Assembly (NCBI GenBank): GCA_002633005.1
Contig: NMRA01000492.1
Coordinates: 1 to 64,000, forward strand
Source of the DNA: Phoronis australis
Lineage: Eukaryota; Animalia; Phoronida
Reading direction: 5' to 3'
DNA: 64,000 nt
Translations under genes and position numbers: made by a program
In this document: positions 59,226-64,000 of the stretch, in pieces
Position numbering within the stretch: the first letter of the stretch is position 1
Layout: every line of letters begins with the position of its first letter
Notes under the pieces: generated by a model
Database searches by the model: none
Seen by the model: only the letters and a program-made list of their open reading frames with translations
Told to the model about the DNA's origin: nothing

Positions 59226-62200
59226 TGAGCTACGTAACTACGAGTAATTTTTTGAAATTCACGTAAACACACCTGTCCAGCTAGTATTAACTTTTCATTT
59301 ACAATTGCAGAACTTGACAACTACATTGAAGTAAAATGTCAAACACGCAAAAACTTCTTGTTGAAAAACTCCTAGCACGTAGTTTCATACTTTGACAAAA
59401 GTGGTTCTAAGACTGAAGATGAAAAGATATCAGAGGCCAAGCTATTCCCGGTATCCGGTCAGGGCCGTGGGTCGGTGCGTATAAGGAATGACCAATATAA
59501 CTGTCGGGTTTGTTGACTTATTATCCGGGAAATCGCTGGTTGTCTAGAACTGTAGTTCAGGAATCTCGTTTGATGAAAAAGAATGTCAAAATAAAAATGA
59601 AGCAATGAAAACAGGCTTGAATTGATAACAGCAACACCCGATCAAAACTAAGTCGAGCAGACCGCCAGAGATTTACAGTGCAAACTCTCGCGGCTAGTCT
59701 CAATGTCGTAAGCTCCAATAATATACTACATTAGTTGCGTGCGGGAGTTGGCATTCCAGGCCTAGACTTCTCAGATTGGGAAATTTATGAAACTTTGAAT
59801 TTCGATTGTGTTTCAAAATTGGTGAATATGACGATTTTTCTAAAAATTCTTTCAATCTTTAAAGTAAACTCTCTCGTTAGCTTCCCCCCAAAGTAGATTC
59901 GCTACGATCTGTTTAAAGGGTACTTTTACGAGTTTTCGTGTTCCGTGCCTCTTTAAAGATAACAGATATCTCTTGATGTCAACTAAAACTTGGGGATGTC
60001 AAGGAACTTCACCTAAAATTCGCAGGAATTCGCGGTTGTGAAAACCGTGTGAGAGGTTATCGAACACACTCACAACGATCAAAATGGGCGATGTTGTTCT
60101 TTATGTCGGTTTTGATCGGCATTTTCTGTACACTAGAACTAGTTCTCATTGTTTAGCTTTCAAAAGGGCGTTGCTAAAAGAAAAGTGATTTAGTTCAACG
60201 CCTTTAATTTTCGAAAGATCCAAAACGAAACACCGAAGTTGTTAAAATGAAATGCGCAATTCGTCTTCTGAAAGCCAAGTTTCGACCTTTATTGCAACTA
60301 TGTGCGCAAAACACCGCAAACACTGTCCTAAATACTCTCTATTACGCATTTCATTCGAACGACGTCATTGTTTACGATTTGCGGTTTACAAAATTTAAAA
60401 GCGCGAAGATTCACCCCGTTTCATTTAGTAATTCACTGTTGAAAACTAAAGCATATCTGGGAATATGCAAACCGAGCCTATAAAATGCCAAAGTCGCTCA
60501 CTGTGTTCGCACAGGGTATGTTTGACCACCTCTAAAACCGTTTCCACAAAAGCGATATTTGGCAAGTTTTTCATTTCACAAGAAAGCGTATCTGTTATCA
60601 ATCGGTTCTTGCCAAATTTTACTTGCCTAAGCAAAAAAGTTGGTACCAACTGGGAAAACCGATGCTTTCTGCAAGTCCCAAAGAAGGAGCCATATTTTGT
60701 AATATACTCAAAGTATGGTGGGTACACTGCCCGTTTCCGGTTTGTCAGACAGATTATTGATTTCTTTTTCTCACCGTATTGTTCGTATGCTTTGCCAATG
60801 CCTCGTCTTTTAGCTCGTGAGATCCTGTAACAGAAAAGAGTTATTACGGTATTGGTAGGGTTGGTGTGGCCAGTGGTGGTGGTGGGACTGTAATTTGGTG
60901 TAGTTGCCGTAGTCTCCAAGGTGGTGATGGAGCTGACGGCCATAGTACCAGTGGTCCCTTGCAAAGGTGATGGTGTATAGTGGACGTCATTATGGGTGAT
61001 CGTAGTGGTTGGTTTCAGATGGAGGCTGCGCTGATGGTAGCAATGGTGGTCACACGTGTTGTGTTGAGATAGGTCAGCAAATATAGCTAGTACTCGTTAT
61101 AGACGTGTTTGTAGACCCGACAGTTGTAGTGAAGCATCTGTGTTGTTTGGTATAATGGTAAACGCTTGGCAATGTACAGTAACGAGAAACAAGGAATGCC
61201 AAATGGAAGAACCATGAGAGGGACAAATACAAAAATGGAATGGGCGGACCTAGCTGGTTCCCATCCTAAACGCTAAATGCGGTGGCATCTACATATACAT
61301 GTCTAGATAGCCAGCCAGCTAGCTGCATGACGACTATCGTCAAAATACAGCAAGGTACCACGTGATGCAAAGGTGTATACTAAATATAAATGTACAGCTT
61401 TGAGCGGATGTGCGTAAAAATTGGCCAAATAGAATTTTACAAAAAATAATGTCACTTAAAAGTACACTCTTCGTTGAGTAAACTTAATTATTTACATGGG
61501 TTGGAAAAATTGACGTTTTTCTGCTGCTTAAGTTGTGAAGCGATCTTTTGGGTCGGCTTTCGGCGCCATAAAATATTGCGTCACCTATTGGCCAGTTTCT
61601 TTTTTCGACGATTCTTCAATCAACTGTTGTTCTAGCTTTCACGAGGTTGCGTATACGTCACAACAAATTATCGGAACTGGTTCCACTTAGTTAAAAATTT
61701 TTAGTATAGTGATACCAGCAAATCGAATTTTAGAACAATGTTGCTGATGCGAAGTTGTCATCGTGTCCCGAAAGATGTCGCTAAGAATTTAGGAAATGGC
61801 GCGTGTCACGAATGTACTGTTTTCAAAACGACGACAGACTTTTCTTTAGCTGCTTTCGCATTAGAGTTGGTCCAGACTATTTTGCGGTCTGAACATATTT
61901 CAGATCAGCGTGATAACCAACCGTATCAAATTGTTACAGTTCTCACTAGACACGACTGACATTCCACCGTCCTAAGTTTAAAGATTCATGATACTAAACA
62001 CAAGAGGTCGCTACGATGTACCGGAGTAGGGACCCGACAACCAATTGTCATTTTTATTCTTATGTCGAGACATGTTTAACTTTAAAATTGCACAATGAAC
62101 AGTGAATTGACAGAAACAGCACTGACAATGACGAGAGTGTGCGAAATGGCGAGAAGCACTGAGTACGGTTTTAGCCCGGCAGCCGCCGCGTGACCGCCAA

Positions 62201-62401
62201 GTGGGGGCAGGCGTCGAATCTCGGCGGGCAAACTTTGCAACTGCGTGCGCGAAGGCGGGCTATTTGCATCTTAACATTACGCCTTATTTTCGGGAGACTC
62301 CCTGTGAAGGTAATTTTTCGTTTATTAAGCATTACCAGTTCAGTTGGGAGTGCATGTTATTAGCCTATTGACAAAGCTGGAGATCGTCACGTGATATTTA
62401 T

Positions 62402-62537
62402 GGGGAGCGTTCAGTGACTAACTGGCGGTGATAAATTCATCCAAAATCACATGGTCTCGTCGAAAACACTGACGTCGCTGGATAACGTGCAAAATCTTGC
62501 TTTTTAGCAAGACACTAGGGTTACTGAACGCTCCCCA
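62402..62537. mobile_element. Small MITE, TIR TGGGGAGCGTTCAGT / ACTGAACGCTCCCCA
   Basis: 15-bp perfect terminal inverted repeat. Confidence 0.75.
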
Positions 62538-63034
62538 AAATTATCGTCTGCGTCTCAACGGACATTGTCGGACAATCCGGAACGAGTAAGTCCGTCGGCG
62601 TCATGAAACAAAACACTCCAGCGAAGAATTCTCACAAATGTACGTGTCTCGCAAATCGTGACAAATCCGGCTTTTCGACGGACAATATCAGTATCCTGGC
62701 TAATACCCAGGCGGGAAGAACTCCACCCACACTCGCGTAACGTGGGGAGATAAATTTAGGACTATTCAGTGAGCAAATTTAGTTCGGACCAAGCTATTCG
62801 CATTGCGCTTACGTAATCGGACCAACTTCGGTACGCGCCCGGTCTTCGAGAGTACTAAATGTAGTGCCGCACCAAATCTGGACAGTTCTACATCACCTTT
62901 CGCATTGGAACTAACATTCTTGTGGTCGAAAAAGAATGTTAGTTCGCCGTACTAACTCCGTAATGCGAAAGGCCCTATTGTTACAAAAGGCGGAGAATTA
63001 CGCAAAAATGACTTTTAATAGATTGTTTTTCCCT

Positions 63035-63397
63035 TAAATGGTTGTAACGGGCAAAGGTGGGTGTCGGTTGAATTCCAGATTTTGCATACACTTCGCCGGT
63101 CATTAGCTCTATACGTTGATATAAGTTTCACGATGAGGTGACGAGTAAGACTACCCGGGTTATGTGAAATTTCGGAGTCTGTCGGAGCTCAACACACAGT
63201 ACGTGTTACCTGGCTGAATTTTGCTAGCTGGCTGGTTAGATTCCACTGTGTGTTGAGGATCCATTAGACCCCGAAATTTCACACAGCTCGGGTAGTTCTG
63301 CTCGTCACCTCGTCGTGAAACTTTTATCGACACGTAGAGCTAACATGCGAAATCTGTTAGTCAACAGACGCTAACCTTGCCAGTTACAGCCGTTTAC
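63035..63397. mobile_element. ~360-bp palindromic MITE (whole-length inverted repeat)
   Basis: ttagctctatacg..gtttcacgatgaggtgacgag..actacccgggt..tgtgaaatttcgg..ctcaacacacagt mirrored by actgtgtgttgag..ccgaaatttcaca..ctcgggtagt..ctcgtcacctcgtcgtgaaac..cgtagagctaa. Confidence 0.85.
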
Positions 63398-64000
63398 ACA
63401 ACTGATTAACTCCATTCTGGCATTCATGATTGGAGGGCCAGCTCTCCTTTGTTCGATAATTGCTCTAATCTTCAATGAGATCGTATCTAGTTTGACTGGG
63501 CTGAACTGTTAAAAATAAAGTTATGTTGTAACATATTTGAACATAAACCAATAGCATTTCTGAAATCCTCGTCAAATGGTGATCATGTTTAGTTTTTGAA
63601 TCGCCAAAATCACCCAACTGCCACCAAAGTTACGATAATCTATTCTTTCCGAATGTACCAATTCACTCTGGGTTTAACGGTGTTCACACATGGTCTGTAA
63701 TAAACCTGGTAGTAGCATCTAGCTCTGCTTAGTGCTCTGCTTCCAGCTTCTGCCGCTGTTCCGACTGTCAGTACATAATTTCTCCCACAAAAAGACTCGT
63801 GCACTGCCTCCACGCGGCAACACATGGACTGGGTTTACTCAGACTAAACTGTGCGGGATCGGGTTGGGGAAGGGGGTTTTCTTCTGTCTTTAGCAGCCGC
63901 TGTTGTTTCGAACGATATGAGATACCGAAAACCTTGTTGGGAGCATTCTCTGTTCTCGGGTGATTGATCTTTGGCTCTAGAGTGGGAGGCCTCTCTAACC

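Noticed and set aside
60446-61150. Thr-rich mucin-like 172-aa ORF; similar ACA/ACG-rich tracts at 15040-15450 and 43620-44050
   Set aside because: Low-complexity decayed trinucleotide-like sequence with no splice-consistent link or domain.

Overview
AT-rich eukaryotic genomic DNA, most likely from a marine invertebrate (inferred from the transposon complement; not provable from this window). Nearly all ORFs in the supplied track are noise. The main feature is one multi-exon gene on the minus strand, reconstructed by hand. 17 GT-AG exons from 53765 down to 16155 join in matching phases, and two further exons follow at 11828-11997 and 8761-8934. The protein is a cyclic-nucleotide-binding-domain (CNBD) K+ channel with at least three 6TM-CNBD modules in one polypeptide: a partial module A (pore STGYGD, S6, C-linker, intact CNBD), a complete module B (S1-S6, STGYGD, degenerate CNBD) and the start of module C. 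This architecture is that of the pseudo-tetrameric CNGK/tetraKCNG sperm-type channels. Neither end of the gene was found in the window. The introns are packed with decayed mobile elements: Ty3/gypsy pol, two Penelope-like elements (one with an inverted 3' copy carrying a decayed hammerhead-like core), TTAA-flanked Kolobok-like and Sola3-like DNA transposons, THAP remnants, a LINE endonuclease, a mariner remnant, and many MITEs/foldbacks. There is one 568-nt N gap, and two near-identical duplications sit next to single-N joins and are probably assembly artefacts. I found no evidence of a wholly new system. The most interesting item is the multi-module channel with asymmetric ligand sites.
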